DNA of 64,000 bases from Eledone cirrhosa (taxonomy: Eukaryota). Positions 35,930 to 49,257 of the stretch are shown here, piece by piece. Position 1 is the stretch's first letter. Each line of letters begins with the position of its first letter. The stretch is taken from assembly GCA_964016885.1 (NCBI GenBank), contig OZ024741.1, positions 222,332,001-222,396,000 on the forward strand. Reading direction: 5' to 3'. Made by a program: the position numbers and the translations under genes. The notes under the pieces are model-generated. The model saw nothing but the letters and a program-made list of their open reading frames with translations, had not been told where the DNA came from and did not search any database.

Positions 35930-37900
35930 GAGGTTTCCTCAACAAAGATCCATGGCTCTGATACTGTAGATTTGGATGGAGGTTGGAAACTCCACTATTC
36001 AGGTGTAATGTCAGAAATGACTGCACAGGAGGAAGTGGGGATACTTAAAAGCCCCTGGCTGCCAAAATGTTACGGACTGGATTTCATTAGGAGGGAGAGA
36101 GGATTTTCTTCTTGAAGCTTAGGCTGAAAGATATATCTCTGTGGGTGGTTGAAGTTCATGCACCAAACAATAAGTCTGTATACAGGTCCTTCCTTGATGA
36201 AATCAATGTAGCATTAGATGTAATTAACACCAAGTCATATATCCTGATGGGAGATGTTATTGCATGTGTTGGCACTGACCACCTGACATGGAAAGGAGTG
36301 ATTAGAAGGAATGGTGACTTCGATCTAAATATAAATGGAGAGGCCTTCTTAGACTTCTGATCTAGCAATGGATTCTCTATTATGAACACCATCTTCCAGC
36401 GCAAAGACATCCATAAATATACATGGTATAAGGAGAATCAGGGCCAGAGATCAATAATCGATTTTGTTATTGTCTTTGATCTGTTCGATTCTGTGCTGGA
36501 TGTTTGTGTTAGGAGAGGGACCAAGCTGTCAACTGATCACCATCTAGTTATTTGCAACTTGGGACTACCTAAAACCAAAGGAGCCCACAAAACTGGCAGG
36601 TCCAGGGCAACCTACACGATAAAGTGGGAAGCGTTGGTGGATAAGGAAGTCAGGACCAAGTATGCAGATATTATTGCATCCAAATTCAGAAAACTCCCTG
36701 AGCAAACTGAAGACTCTGCGACCAAATAGAAGTTGTTCAGCTCAACAGTTTCTGATTCAGCTGTTAAATGCTGTAGGTGAAAGAGGCTTAGTGTGGCGCC
36801 TGATGGCAGGAGGACCCCTTGGTCAATCAAGATGTCAAAGATATCATCCAAACAAAGAAGGAGGCCTCCAAAGCTTGGCTTGGAAATAAGTCCTCCTTCT
36901 TGCACTTGCAGCACAAGCAGGCATGAAGAACTTCAGCATAGACAGTAAAGGCGTCCACAGTTAAGACATGGGAAGATTTTGGGGTTAAGTTGAAATCCAG
37001 ACTGAGATGTTAAAAGCCTTAAATAGAGAAGGTATTCTCTGACTGTGTGTGCCAGGTGGCCTGAATCTCTCGAAAGGCACCTAAGCAATGGCAATTGGGG
37101 GTGATAATCCCAATTTTCAAAAGTGATATGATAGCTGGTAGGTGTAAAATCAATCGACTGGAATTTGCAGATGGCATGGTGTTAATTAACTCAACAAAAG
37201 GTGATCTCCGACTTGCACTTGATAGGTTTGATTATGTGTGCTGCATGGTTGAAATGAAAATCAGTGCTGCAAAAACGGAGACACATCATCTTCTCAAGGA
37301 AGCCTGCGCAGTGCACTCTACATGTGAACGGAGTTCCACTGTAGTAGGTGAAGAAGTTCAAGTGTCTTGGGGACATGTTAATCAATGATGGAAGGCAGGG
37401 GGCTGAAATCAGTGCAAGACTTGCAGGAGCTGATGCAGCGATGTGCTAGTTTCAGGATTTGGTAATCAGAAGAAGAGAGGTAGGTGTAAAAGTCAAACTT
37501 GCTATCTTCAATTCGTTATTCATGTCAACCCTTACCTATGGTCATGAATCTTGGGTAATGACCAAAAGAATACAATCGCGAATACAAGCAGCTGAAATGG
37601 AGTTCCTCCAAAGAGCCTTTGGAGTAACATTACTTGATAGAGTGTGTAGCTCAGAGATCAGTGAGTCACTCTAGGTAGAACCACTACTGGAGCATGATGG
37701 TTGGATAACATCCATGAGCTTGGCTGGTTTTGTTTGTGGATCCAGCTGGATCAGTTGGAGACTGTTGCTTCTGACAGGACCCGCTGGAAGGAGTGTTTGA
37801 GGACTCTTCGCCATGACCCTCTCAGGAATAAATGACAGAAGAAGAAGAAGAAGAAGAAGAAGAAGAAGAAGAAGAAGAAGAAGAAGAAGAAGAAGAAGAT
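35930..37900 (+). mobile_element. Degenerate, internally deleted RTE-clade LINE (APE endonuclease plus RT), (GAA)n tail
   Basis: APE motifs VHAP, ILMGDVIACVG, NTIFQRKDIHKYTW, SIIDFVIV, STDHHLV; RT remnants EFADG and TLTYGHESWVMT; (GAA)n at 37838-37899. Confidence 0.9.
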
Positions 37901-38312
37901 ACCTGTAATTACTAGGACAATTGATTATGTAACTAACTGCCTCAGTCCCTGTCATGAGAAGTTGGGTTTCATAAAATCAGAGAAGACACAGCCACTTAAA
38001 AAATTGCAGTTACAAGACATTAATGTGACTGTGAAATACATAAATCGTACATTATGTCCATATCAGTGACTGATGTGGGTTAATGGCTGGTTTAACAGGA
38101 GTTGGGGATACAGGTGGAAGAACATGCCTGATCTAGTTCGTATTTGATTTGTATGGTAGAGTGTCCAAGGCAAGTATAGGCATATGGTTTATTCCTGGCT
38201 TGGGTTTGAGGTTGACTTTGATTTTCTGGATGTATTTAATTACAAGTTAGGGCAATTAATGGTCTTATTTGCATATATACATAAATTATACATACATAAA
38301 TGCATATAAGTG

Positions 38313-38585
38313 GAGGCACGTGGCCTAGTGGTAGGGGTGTTGGACTTACAAGCATAATTCCGTGGGTTCGATTCCTGGGTTGCGTGTTGTGTTCTTGAGC
38401 AAAACACTTCATGCTCCAGTATACTCAGCTGAAAATGAGTACCAGCAATAGCTGGGTGTTTAACCCTGTGATGGACTGGCGTCCTGTCCAGGGGAGAGTC
38501 TTGTACTCTCAGTTGCTTCACGGCATGAAACCGGGATAAGCACCGGCCAAATGAGACTTCTGGCTTAAGACAGACTTTAGACTTT
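38313..38585 (+). mobile_element. tRNA-derived SINE, second family
   Basis: TGGCCTAGTGG A-box, GGTTCGATTCC B-box, then TTCTTGAGCAAAACACTT...CTCAGCTGAAAATGAGTACC. Confidence 0.8.
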
Positions 38586-38704
38586 TAGAAATGCATATAA
38601 ACATACATACATTCATATATACATACATACATATCTACATGCATACAAGACCTTCTGCGAGAGAAATATTTTAATGAAAACTATGAGTCTCTCAAAAAAT
38701 ACTT

Positions 38705-39202
38705 TATTGGCTGGCCATTGACTCTCCTGAGTTCCTCTGCCCTTTGACAGGTTTTGTTTGTCATCGTGCAGAGTGTCCAAAATCACCCTCCTCACCAAGA
38801 ATTGCCATACATTGACCTTTTTCTCATACATAGGTAACACAAACATAACTTTTTAGCCCTCCCAAGTACTTAGATTCGTTTCTGCATATGCTGTAGTGAA
38901 AGAAGAATGAAAAGGCCTGGCTCATGCAACACACGTGAAAGCCATTTAGATCAAGTGATACCTGTGCTTGAAGCTTTTTTAAGTGAAGAAAGGTCTTGCC
39001 CTGGACTAATGCCACTCTCTGAACAATGGTGACAGGTATCCAAAAAGAAGAATGGGCCAATGTCATTGGCTGCCATCAAGTCACAGGATTTACATCAGTT
39101 TTCTTTCTAACATGATGTCCTAACAACAACTAGGTGTCTCTCACTACTGGTGGGCTAACCATACGTTTGGGCACCAAACCGAGTATTTCCATGTCCCCAC
39201 AG
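38705..39202 (-). mobile_element. Non-coding RTE-UTR-like element, most complete copy
   Basis: Contains both termini seen in the other copies; the right end abuts (CATA)n. Confidence 0.65.
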
Positions 39203-39264
39203 ACACATACATATATACATTCATACATACACACATACATACACTCTTACACATATACATTGTG

Positions 39265-39271
39265 CTGGTGG

Positions 39272-39305
<34 letters not shown>

Positions 39306-40035
39306 CGTTGTGGTGGTGATGGTGGTGGTGGTAGTGGTGATGAAGATGAAGATGATGATGGTGGTGGTAGTGATGATGAAGATGATGAAGATGATGAAGA
39401 TAATGAGGATGATAATAGCGATGATGACAATGATGTATGTATGTCTTACAGTAATGCATACCAATCAGTTATCAATCAGTGAATAATGTAAACCTGTGGT
39501 CAGCATTAGGAAGGCTACATCTGTTGTCCATCAGTGTTGAACTACACACAAACACACATGCCAGCTATCTCTCCCTCTCTCATGTCTGTCCCTTCTTCTC
39601 TCACATCTACTCTATTTACTGTGACCTGCAGTAGGGAGCAGGTCACATCTGTCCATCATTGTTCAGCTCCCTGTCCCTCCCAACTCTCCACCACTATCCT
39701 CCACCTTACCATCTACCTCCTCACTATTACTACCTCCCCACTCTCCTCCACTAACCCCACCACCACCACTACCGTCACCCTTCCTACCAACACCTTCCCC
39801 ACTACTACAGCCTCCACACTACCATAACCCTCCCACTACTATCACCATCCCTACTACAACCACCCTCCCCACTACCACCACCCTCCCCACTACTATCACC
39901 TTCCCCACTACAACCACCCTCCCCATTACCACCACCTTCCCCACTACCACCACCCTCCTCACTACCACCACCCTCCCTATTACCACCACCCTCCCCACTA
40001 CCACCGCCCTCCCCACCACCACCCCTCGCCTCCCC
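39265..40035. repeat. (GAT/GGT)n tract and an 18-bp C-rich minisatellite
   Basis: Triplet tract at 39265-39435; CCCTCCCCACTACCACCA units at 39825-40030. Confidence 0.85.
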
Positions 40036-40379
40036 TCCACCCTTACCACACAATCCTAACTGAGTAACGACCATCTCTGACCTCCTCTCAATGTCTGGAC
40101 AATTCTGACGCTGAACAAATGACCATGCAGATGATGGTGAAAATGATGCTGGTTACGATGACAACCAGCGAAGCCAACAACAATGATAATGATGATGACA
40201 ACGACAAGAGACAACAATGACACTCACGTTGAAGATACCGATAAAGAATTTCAGTGTGATGGTGATGGTGATGATGATGATGATGATGATGGTAGCAATG
40301 ATGACAACGATGATGATGACATTTATCATGATGACAGCAAAGTTGAATGTTGTAAAATATATGTACATAGACATATAAA

Positions 40380-40380
40380 T

Positions 40381-40419
<39 letters not shown>

Positions 40420-41142
40420 GACATGCATGCACATGTATGCACAACATGCACATATGTACACATACTTGCATGCCCACATATATACACATACTTGCATGCA
40501 CATATATATGCATGTACACATATATACTTGCACACATATATACTTGCACACATATATGCTTGCACACATATATGCATGTACATATATACTTGCACACATA
40601 TATGCTTGCACACATATATGCATGTACATATATACTTGCACACATATATGCTTGCACACATATATGCATGTACATATATACTTGCACACATATATGCTTG
40701 CACACATATATGCATGTACATATATATATATACTTGCACACATATATGCTTGCATACATATATGCATGTACACATATATGCATGTACACATACATGCATA
40801 CACACATATATGCATACACACATATTCTTGTACACATATATGCATGTACACATATATGCATGTACACATACATGCATACACACATATATGCATACACAGA
40901 TATTCTTGTACACATATGTGCATGTATACATATATGCATGTACACATATGTGCATACACACATATATGCATACACACATATTCTTGTACACATATGTGCA
41001 TGTATACATATATGCATGTACACATACATGCATACACACATATATGCATACACACATATTCTCGTACACATATGTGCATGTATACATATATGCATGTACA
41101 CATATGTGCATACACACATATTCTTATACACATATACGCACA
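40380..41142. repeat. Purine-pyrimidine alternating compound minisatellite
   Basis: Units built from CACACATATATGCATGTA and CACACATATATGCTTG with higher-order periodicity. Confidence 0.9.
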
Positions 41143-41399
41143 CAAAACATCAAAATAAAAAAAAATAGAAGTTGTAATAAAACAAGTTAATCTCATATTT
41201 ATTGTTGTTATCTTAAAACGGTTGACTTCTAATAGCAGGAATGACACCTGATGAGACAGGACCAATTATACATACCTGTTACCAACTAGCAAGAATGGTA
41301 CCTAATCAGTGATTAGTAATCACAAATGATTAATGTGATACATGGCCACTAATAAAAAATATGATACCTGACCCCAAATAACAAATATGGCCTCTGATC

Positions 41400-41820
41400 A
41401 CAATTAGCATGAATGGTACCTGATCAGAAATGACTAATATAGTACCTGATTAAAATTAGTATGAATGGTACCTGATCAGAAATGACTAGTATAATTAGTA
41501 CCTGATTAAAATTAGTATGAATGGTACCTGATCAGAAATGACTAATATATCAATAGTACCTGATTAAAATTAGCATGAATGGTACCTGATCAGAAATGAC
41601 TAGTATAATTAGTACCTGATTAAAATTAGTATGAATGGTACCTGATCAGAAATGACTAATATATCAATAGTACCTGATTAAAATTAGTATGAATGGTACC
41701 TGATCAGAAATGACTAATATAGTACCTGATTAAAATTAGCATGAATGGTATCTGATTAGAAATGACTAATATATCAATAGTGCCTGATTAAAATTAGTAT
41801 GAATGGTACTTGATCAGAAA
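41400..41820. repeat. Minisatellite with units of about 50-58 bp
   Basis: Repeated ATGAATGGTACCTGATCAGAAATGACTA..AGTACCTGATTAAAATTAG. Confidence 0.9.
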
Positions 41821-41859
41821 CGTGAAATAAAGTGTCTTGCTCAAGGAAACAACACATCA

Positions 41860-42148
41860 TAACACGTTTTTCATTTGTAGTATTTTTTAAAGTTGTAGTA
41901 TTGCACCCCTCTAAATCCTGCACCTTAGGCAAGCGCCTAGTTCGCCTAACAGTAGCGCCATCCCTGCCAATGACCATGCTACACAACATAGTACTAACAT
42001 TCTTCGGCATTCAGGCAGGCCGGCCACACTACAAGCTGCAGTGTCAGTGACCAAAATATTGTTAAAAATTTTCGCAGCAGCACCGCGCCTCTGGCACACC
42101 GGCCATTCTGACATTTGCCCGGTTGCCCGATAGGCCAATCTGCCAGTG
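41860..42148. mobile_element. hAT-like MITE remnants
   Basis: TIR-like ends CGCCATCCCTG (about 41965) and GGCCAATCTGCCAGTG (about 42148); GC-rich insert between two related minisatellites. Confidence 0.4.
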
Positions 42149-42511
42149 TAAATGACCAATATAATACCTGACCACAAATGACCATTATAGTACCTATCAG
42201 AAATGACCAATAAATTTAGTACCTGACCACAAATAGAAAATATGATATAATCCTCTTCATCATTGTCATTTAATGCCCATTTTCCCTGCTGGCAGCAAAT
42301 AGCAAAAATGGTACTTTATGTCAATTTGCATGAATGGTACCAAGCAACAAATAAAGAATATGGTACCTGATGACAAATGGCCAATATGATGCCTGATCAC
42401 AACAGACCAATATTATGCCTGATCACGATTGACCAATACTAGCACTACCATCATCATCAACTGCTGGTGACAACTAGCATGAATGGATTATAAATAGCAA
42501 TGATACCAGAC

Positions 42512-43345
42512 CACAAATGACCAATATATGGTACCTGACGACAAATGACCAATATATGGTACCTGATGACAAATGACCAATATATGGTACCTGACGACAA
42601 ATGACCAATATATGGTATCTGACGACAAATGACCAATATATGGTACCTGACGACAAATGACCAATGTATGGTACCCGATGACAAATTACCAATATATGGT
42701 ATCTGACGACAAATGACCAATATATGGTACCTGACAACAAATGACCAATATATGGTACCTGACAACAAATGACCAATATATGGTATCTGACGACAAATGA
42801 CCAATATATGGTACCTGACGACAAATGACCAATATATGGTACCTGATGACAAATGACCAATATATGGTTCCCGATGACAAATTACCAATATATGGTACCT
42901 GACGACAAATGACCAATATATGGTACCTGATGACAAATGACCAATATATGGTACCTGACGACAAATGACCAATATATGGTACCTGACGACAAATGACCAA
43001 TATATGGTACCTGATGACAAATGACCAATATATGGTTCCCGATGACAAATTACCAATATATGGTATCTGACGACAAATGACCAATATATGGTACCTGATG
43101 ACAAATTACCAATATATGGTATCTGACGACAAATGACCAATATATGGTTCCCGATGACAAATTACCAATATATGGTATTTGACGACAAATGACCAATGTA
43201 TGGTACCCGATGACAAATTACCAATATATGGTATCTGACGACAAATGACCAATATATGGTTCCCGATGACAAATTACCAATATATGGTACCTGACGACGA
43301 ATGACCAATATATGGTACCTGATGGCAAATGACCAATATATGGTA
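42512..43345. repeat. 28-bp minisatellite (about 30 units)
   Basis: Unit GACAAATGACCAATATATGGTACCTGAC. Confidence 0.97.
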
Positions 43346-44189
43346 ATGCATGAAAAATGGCCAATATGGTAGGTGATCAAAGACTGAGACTACATCATTT
43401 CAAATATGTTCTACAAAATATCAACAAATTGGCAGACTTGTTAGAGCACTGGATAACGTAACCCAATATTTATTCCAGTTCTCTGCACTTTGAATTCAAA
43501 TCCCACCAAAGTCAACTTTACCTTCTATCCTTTCAGAATCAATAAAGAATTTGATGAGATGTTTTGTGGTATTGGATCTGTGTCTGCATGTACCTCCTTC
43601 GGCCAGGAATTACAACTGGCAGATAATATCAGCAACGGAAAGACCAATGGAAACATAGTTTCCTTGGTCCAATTTGACAACCAGATCCTTTCGTTTTTTT
43701 CCATACAAAAGAACCGAAATGGAAAGGTTTAAACTACCTCACACCCTCACCTGACATCAATGCTAATTATTATTGTTTTGTATTGTGCTTACAAATGTAT
43801 CGTTATGGTGTCATATAGATCATTGACATGGAAGATTGTATGTGTGTGTCTGTGGCGGGGTTCTGTGTGTCTGTGTGGCAGATTGTATGTTAGGCCACAA
43901 CAAAAAGCACACAAGTCACTCTGTAAGCTGGTCATGCTACTGCCACAACAAAATACACCCAGTGCATGCTGTAAAGTGGTTAGCTTTAAGAAAGACATCA
44001 AGCTGTAGAAAAGCAAGCCAAAAAAGGGAACCTGATGTGGTCACCTGCCTTGATCAGCCTAAATACAGGACAACTAGTCTAACCAATGCATACATGGAAA
44101 ATAGAGGTTAAATGGTGATGATGATAATGATGAGGTGTGTGTTTTGTCTGTCTGTGTGTTTATGTGTAGGTGTATATCATCATTCATCA

Positions 44190-44522
44190 TCATTCATTTT
44201 ACGTCCGCTTTTCCCTGCTTGCAAGGGTGGGACGGGAACTGATTCTGGCTTGATTTCTACAGCTGGATGCCCTTCCTAACACCAACCTCATTTACAGTGA
44301 GTGCTGGGTGCTTTTTTGCCGTGGCACCTCCACGACCACTTTGCAGTGGAATGATAGGGACCCCAGTCCCTATCATCTCATTTCTACAGCTGAGTAAACT
44401 GGAGCAATGTGAAATAAAGTGTCTTGCTCAAGGAAACAACACATCACCTGGTCTGAGAATTGAACTCACAACCTTTCGATTGCAAGGCCAATGCTCTAAC
44501 CACTAAGCCATGTGCCTCCATA
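44190..44522 (-). mobile_element. Composite tRNA-SINE with RTE-derived 3' half
   Basis: Near-identical reverse complement of 31245-31580. Confidence 0.88.
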
Positions 44523-45137
44523 TATGTTTGTCTATACTGTGTGTATCTGGTTTAGAATAAGTACATTGTATCTCTGCATGTCATAAGAGGTAACTAAAAT
44601 CATTGATACCAGGAAGAGCATCTGGATGTCTCAAAAAGAACACCAGGACGAATATGATTAAGATTGCCATGGAACTAGGCTAACCTCAGCTTTAGCAGGA
44701 AATATGACCGGAGAATGTATACTATTGTATTATATGTTTGTGTTTGTGTCTGTATGTGTATGCAACTGTGTTTGTGTATATGTGTGTCTGTGTGTGTGTG
44801 TGTTTGCATGCGTCTGTGTGTGTGTTTGCATGTGCATGTGTGTATGAGAGTGTCTGTATCCTTGTCTATGTGTATTGTTGTGTCTATATGTGAAAACGTT
44901 TGTGTATTAATTAATGTAAGTATATGCATGTGTATGTGTGTGTCAATGTTTGTGTATTAATATGTCTATGTGTATAAAATCTTGTGAGTGTGGTGGGAAG
45001 GGGGAGGCATGAGTGTGTGTGCATCTTATTAAATTTATTTGTTTTGTTTTGTTAAACTTATTTTTCATATTCTTTGGATCATCATCATCATCATGACAAA
45101 CAGCATCACTATATATCACAACTATATGACAAAGATA

Positions 45138-45518
45138 ACCACCACCACCATCACCACTACTGCCACCATCACCACCACCATCACCACCACCACCACCACT
45201 ACCACCACCATCACCACTTCCACCACCATCGCCACCACTGCCACCATCACCACCACCACCATCACCACTACCACCACCACCACCACCACCACCACCACCA
45301 GCATCACTACCACCAGCACCACCACCAGCACCACCAGCACCACCAGCACCACCAGCACCACCACCACCACCACCACCACTGTCACCACCAGCACCACTAC
45401 CACCACCAGCACCACTACCACCAGCACCACCACCAGCACCACCAGCACCACCACCACCACCACCACTGTCACCACCAGCACCACTACCACCACCAGCACC
45501 ACTACCACCAGCACCACC

Positions 45519-45549
<31 letters not shown>

Positions 45550-45977
45550 CCACCACCACCACCACCACCACCACCACCACCACTGTCACCACCAGCACCA
45601 CTACCACCACCAGCACCAGCACCACCAGCACTACCACCACCACCACCACCACCACCAGCACCACCAGCACCAGCACCACTACCACCACCAGCACCAGCAC
45701 CACCAGCACCACCACCACCACCACCACCACTGTCACCACCAGCACCACTACCACCACCAGCACCAGCACCACCAGCACTTCCACCACCACCACCAGCACC
45801 ACCAGCACCACCAGCACCAGCACCACTACCACCACCAGCACCAGCACCACCAGCACCACCACCACCACCACCACCACTGTCACCACCAGCACCACTACCA
45901 CCACCACCACCACTACCACCACCAGCACCAGCACCACTACCACCACCAGCACCAGCACCACTACCACCAGCACCACC

Positions 45978-46008
<31 letters not shown>

Positions 46009-46124
46009 CCACCACCACCACTACCACCACCACCACTACCACCACCACCACCACTGTCACCACCAGCACCACTACCACCACCAGCACCAGCACCACTACC
46101 ACCACCAGCACCAGCACCACTACC

Positions 46125-46155
<31 letters not shown>

Positions 46156-46337
46156 CCACCACCACCACCACCACCACCACCACCACCACCACCACCACCA
46201 CCACCACCACTACCACCACCACCACTACCACCACCACCACCACTGTCACCACCAGCACCACTACCACCACCACCACCAGCACCACTACCACCATCACCAC
46301 CACCACCACCAACACCATCACCACCACCAGCACCACC

Positions 46338-46368
<31 letters not shown>

Positions 46369-46442
46369 CCACCACCACCACCACCACCACCACCAGCACC
46401 ACTACCACCACCAGCACCACTACCACCAGCACCACCAGCACC

Positions 46443-46473
<31 letters not shown>

Positions 46474-46529
46474 CCACTGTCACCACCAGCACCACTACCA
46501 CCACCAGCACCACTACCACCAGCACCACC

Positions 46530-46560
<31 letters not shown>

Positions 46561-46895
46561 CCACCACCACCACCACCACTACCACCACCACCACCACTAC
46601 CACCACCAGCACCACCAGCACCACCACCACCACCACCACCACTGTCACCACCAGCACCACTACCACCACCAGCACCAGCACCACCACCACCACCAGCACC
46701 AGCACCACTACCACCAGCACCACCACCACCACCACCACCACTGTCACCACCAGCACCACCACCAGCACCACCACCACCAGCACCACTACCACCAGCACCA
46801 CCAGCACCAGCACCACCAGCAGCACCACCAGCACCAGCACCACCACCAGCACCACCAGCACCACCAGCACCACCAGCACCACCAGCACCACCAGC

Positions 46896-46926
<31 letters not shown>

Positions 46927-47060
46927 CCAGCACCACCAGCACCACCAGCACCACCAGCACCAGCACCAGCACCACCACCACCACCACCACCAGCACCAGC
47001 ACCACCAGCACCACCAGCACCACCAGCACCAGCACCACCACCACCACCACCACCAGCATC

Positions 47061-47091
<31 letters not shown>

Positions 47092-47180
47092 CCACCACCA
47101 GCACCAGCACCACCAGCACCACCAGCACCACCAGCACCAGCACCACCACCACCACCACCACCAGCACCACCACCATCATT
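45138..47180. repeat. About 2-kb (ACC/AGC/ACT)n triplet array
   Basis: Uninterrupted triplet phase, with a recurring ACTGTCACCACCAGCACCACTACC marker. Confidence 0.97.
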
Positions 47181-47600
47181 ACTAAGTTAAATGTTCTTTT
47201 GATATTTGCCGTCAGTGTAAAAAAAAACTAAATTATAAATCAGGTGTGTGCTTGTGTTTACATGCATGTGTGAGTGTATGTGTGTATATATATATGTGTG
47301 TGTACACGCATGGAGGGTGTGAAAAATAAAGGTGTGTGTGTGCGTGTGGGGGGGGGGGGGCATTAAATAAATATTTTGCCAAAAGGAATGAAGAGAAGAT
47401 CAGAGAGGGATGGAATAATTAAATCTCTCTCTCACACAATGATGTATGTATGTGAACACATATGATATGTATGTATATATATGCATATGTGTGTGCATGT
47501 ATAATCAATTGCATTCATGTTCAACAATGGTGATATATAATATAATTAAGCATAAGTATTTATATACAAATACATGATAATACACACACACACATACACG

Positions 47601-47634
<34 letters not shown>

Positions 47635-48014
47635 CAAACTCACACTCATACAAAAACATATGCATATATGCATATGCACATACACATACAAAAAAAACTA
47701 CACAAAAAAAGCACATAAATATACACACACATGCTCATACATAGCCATACATAAACACACACACACAACTGTGCACACACAAACGATACAAAAAACTCAC
47801 AGACATGCATGTGTACACATACAAACAGAAGCAATAATACACACCCATAAAATGCACCCCATCTGCACACATGTAATAACAGCCATGCCACACATGGACT
47901 CTTCACCTCAGCCCCCACTCCCAAATGGCAAACTACTTGCCTACCATCCCCAGACTTCTTAAACATTTTTTTCCAAACTTTGATGATCCAACCCTTTTCT
48001 CTCTTTGAAGTCTT

Positions 48015-48120
48015 CATTTCCTGAAGAAGGACATCCGAAGTGCCGTACCCTCCTCTACTTTCTCCTAAGTGTGATACTAATAAGACTTTGTGTTTTTGCA
48101 TCTCTGTGTTGTAATTTCTT

Positions 48121-48125
<5 letters not shown>
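48015..48125 (+). mobile_element. Penelope-like 3' end with a degenerate hammerhead
   Basis: TTC-CTGAAGA-AGGACATCC-GAAG; downstream sequence similar to 5923-6010 (-); ends at (TA)n. Confidence 0.5.
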
Positions 48126-48176
<51 letters not shown>

Positions 48177-48186
48177 AACCAGTAAG

Positions 48187-48280
48187 ACCCCGACAGCTGA
48201 GCTCAAGCCGTTTCGACGGCTAATTCTGGACTAAATGAAAATGTATCCTGGTATTTAAATAGCCGATCTTCTCAAGGGGT
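48187..48280 (-). ncRNA. Type-I hammerhead motif, U3-A8 variant
   Basis: Mirror copy of 49014-49107. Confidence 0.7.
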
Positions 48281-49013
48281 AATTCCATATATGGTCAAAG
48301 TGATTGTCAAAAATCAGTAGTAATTCTGTGGTTGCAAATTAGTAGGGGAGATGGCGGCTAAACCTGCCATGTAGCTTGTTTTAGATCTTTTAGAGTTAGC
48401 ATTAGTATATATTTTTCTCGGGACTCAGAATTATTATCTCGTACAAGTTCACTTTGCTGCACTGGGTGGTTGCTGGCATTGTGCCCGGGATGGAAACCTT
48501 TATTGTTTATTTCGTGGTAGTCTCTTTAGTATTTTGGCCCCTTTTGTTGACCCGTCACCGTATCATTTACGTACTTATACCTCTTAAAAGGGTCCTTGCC
48601 TATTCCGTCCCACCTAGTTCTTTTACTTATTTCGTTATTTCTTTATTTCTTTCTTTACTTCTTTCTTTCTTTCTTTATTTTATTCTAGCCTAACAATAGC
48701 TAGAGACCTAGGTCGTAGAATTTAATTTACTTTACTTTTTTCTTTACACTTATTTGCTTTTCTTCACTCTCAGTATTTTTTCTTTCCTATATATTTCTAC
48801 CCCCCATTGTTCTACCTACCGTTCCGACTTCCTCCCCCCCTGTATCTTCTTTGATCTCATGCCCAGCTGTAGCTGGCACTACCAACGCTTGATTGGGTCT
48901 ACTCCACTCCCCTCTTTCTCCCACTGGCAGGTTTAGCCACCATCTCCCCTACTAATTTGCAACCACAGAATTACTACTGATTTTTGACAATCACTTTGAC
49001 CATATATGGAATT

Positions 49014-49107
49014 ACCCCTTGAGAAGATCGGCTATTTAAATACCAGGATAAATTTTCATTTAGTCCAGAATTAGCCGTCGAAACGGCTTGAGCTCAGCTG
49101 TCGGGGT
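49014..49107 (+). ncRNA. Type-I hammerhead motif, U3-A8 variant
   Basis: ACCCC-UUGAGAA-GA(U)CGGCUA...UAGCCGUC-GAAAC-GGCU(UGAGCUC)AGCU-GUC-GGGGU; all three stems pair. Confidence 0.75.
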
Positions 49108-49198
49108 CTTACTGGTTCCTATTACCCACTCTACTACCTCAAGTATTGAGTACTTTGGTGCGTTATGGTCCACCTGGTTCCTTACCACATTTCCTTCG

Positions 49199-49255
<57 letters not shown>

Positions 49256-49257
<2 letters not shown>

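Larger units (their letters stand above)
48173..49200 (+). mobile_element. Penelope-like fold-back element A
   Basis: 48173-48369 is the reverse complement of about 48925-49122; 3' extension GTATTGAGTACTTTGGTGCGTTATGGTCC; long (TA)n on both sides. Confidence 0.85.

Noticed and set aside
39805-40074. Gly-rich GEGGGS repeat ORF
   Set aside because: Derived from an 18-bp minisatellite.
40088-41265. Long His/Tyr/Cys-rich ORFs in all six frames
   Set aside because: Alternating purine-pyrimidine repeats cannot form stop codons.
42512-43345. CRISPR-like regular array
   Set aside because: Head-to-tail 28-bp units with no unique spacers, no cas genes, eukaryotic context.
45039-47231. 730-aa poly-Thr, 703-aa poly-His and poly-Val ORFs as genes
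   Set aside because: Triplet repeat with no domains or clear splice context; kept only as a low-interest finding.
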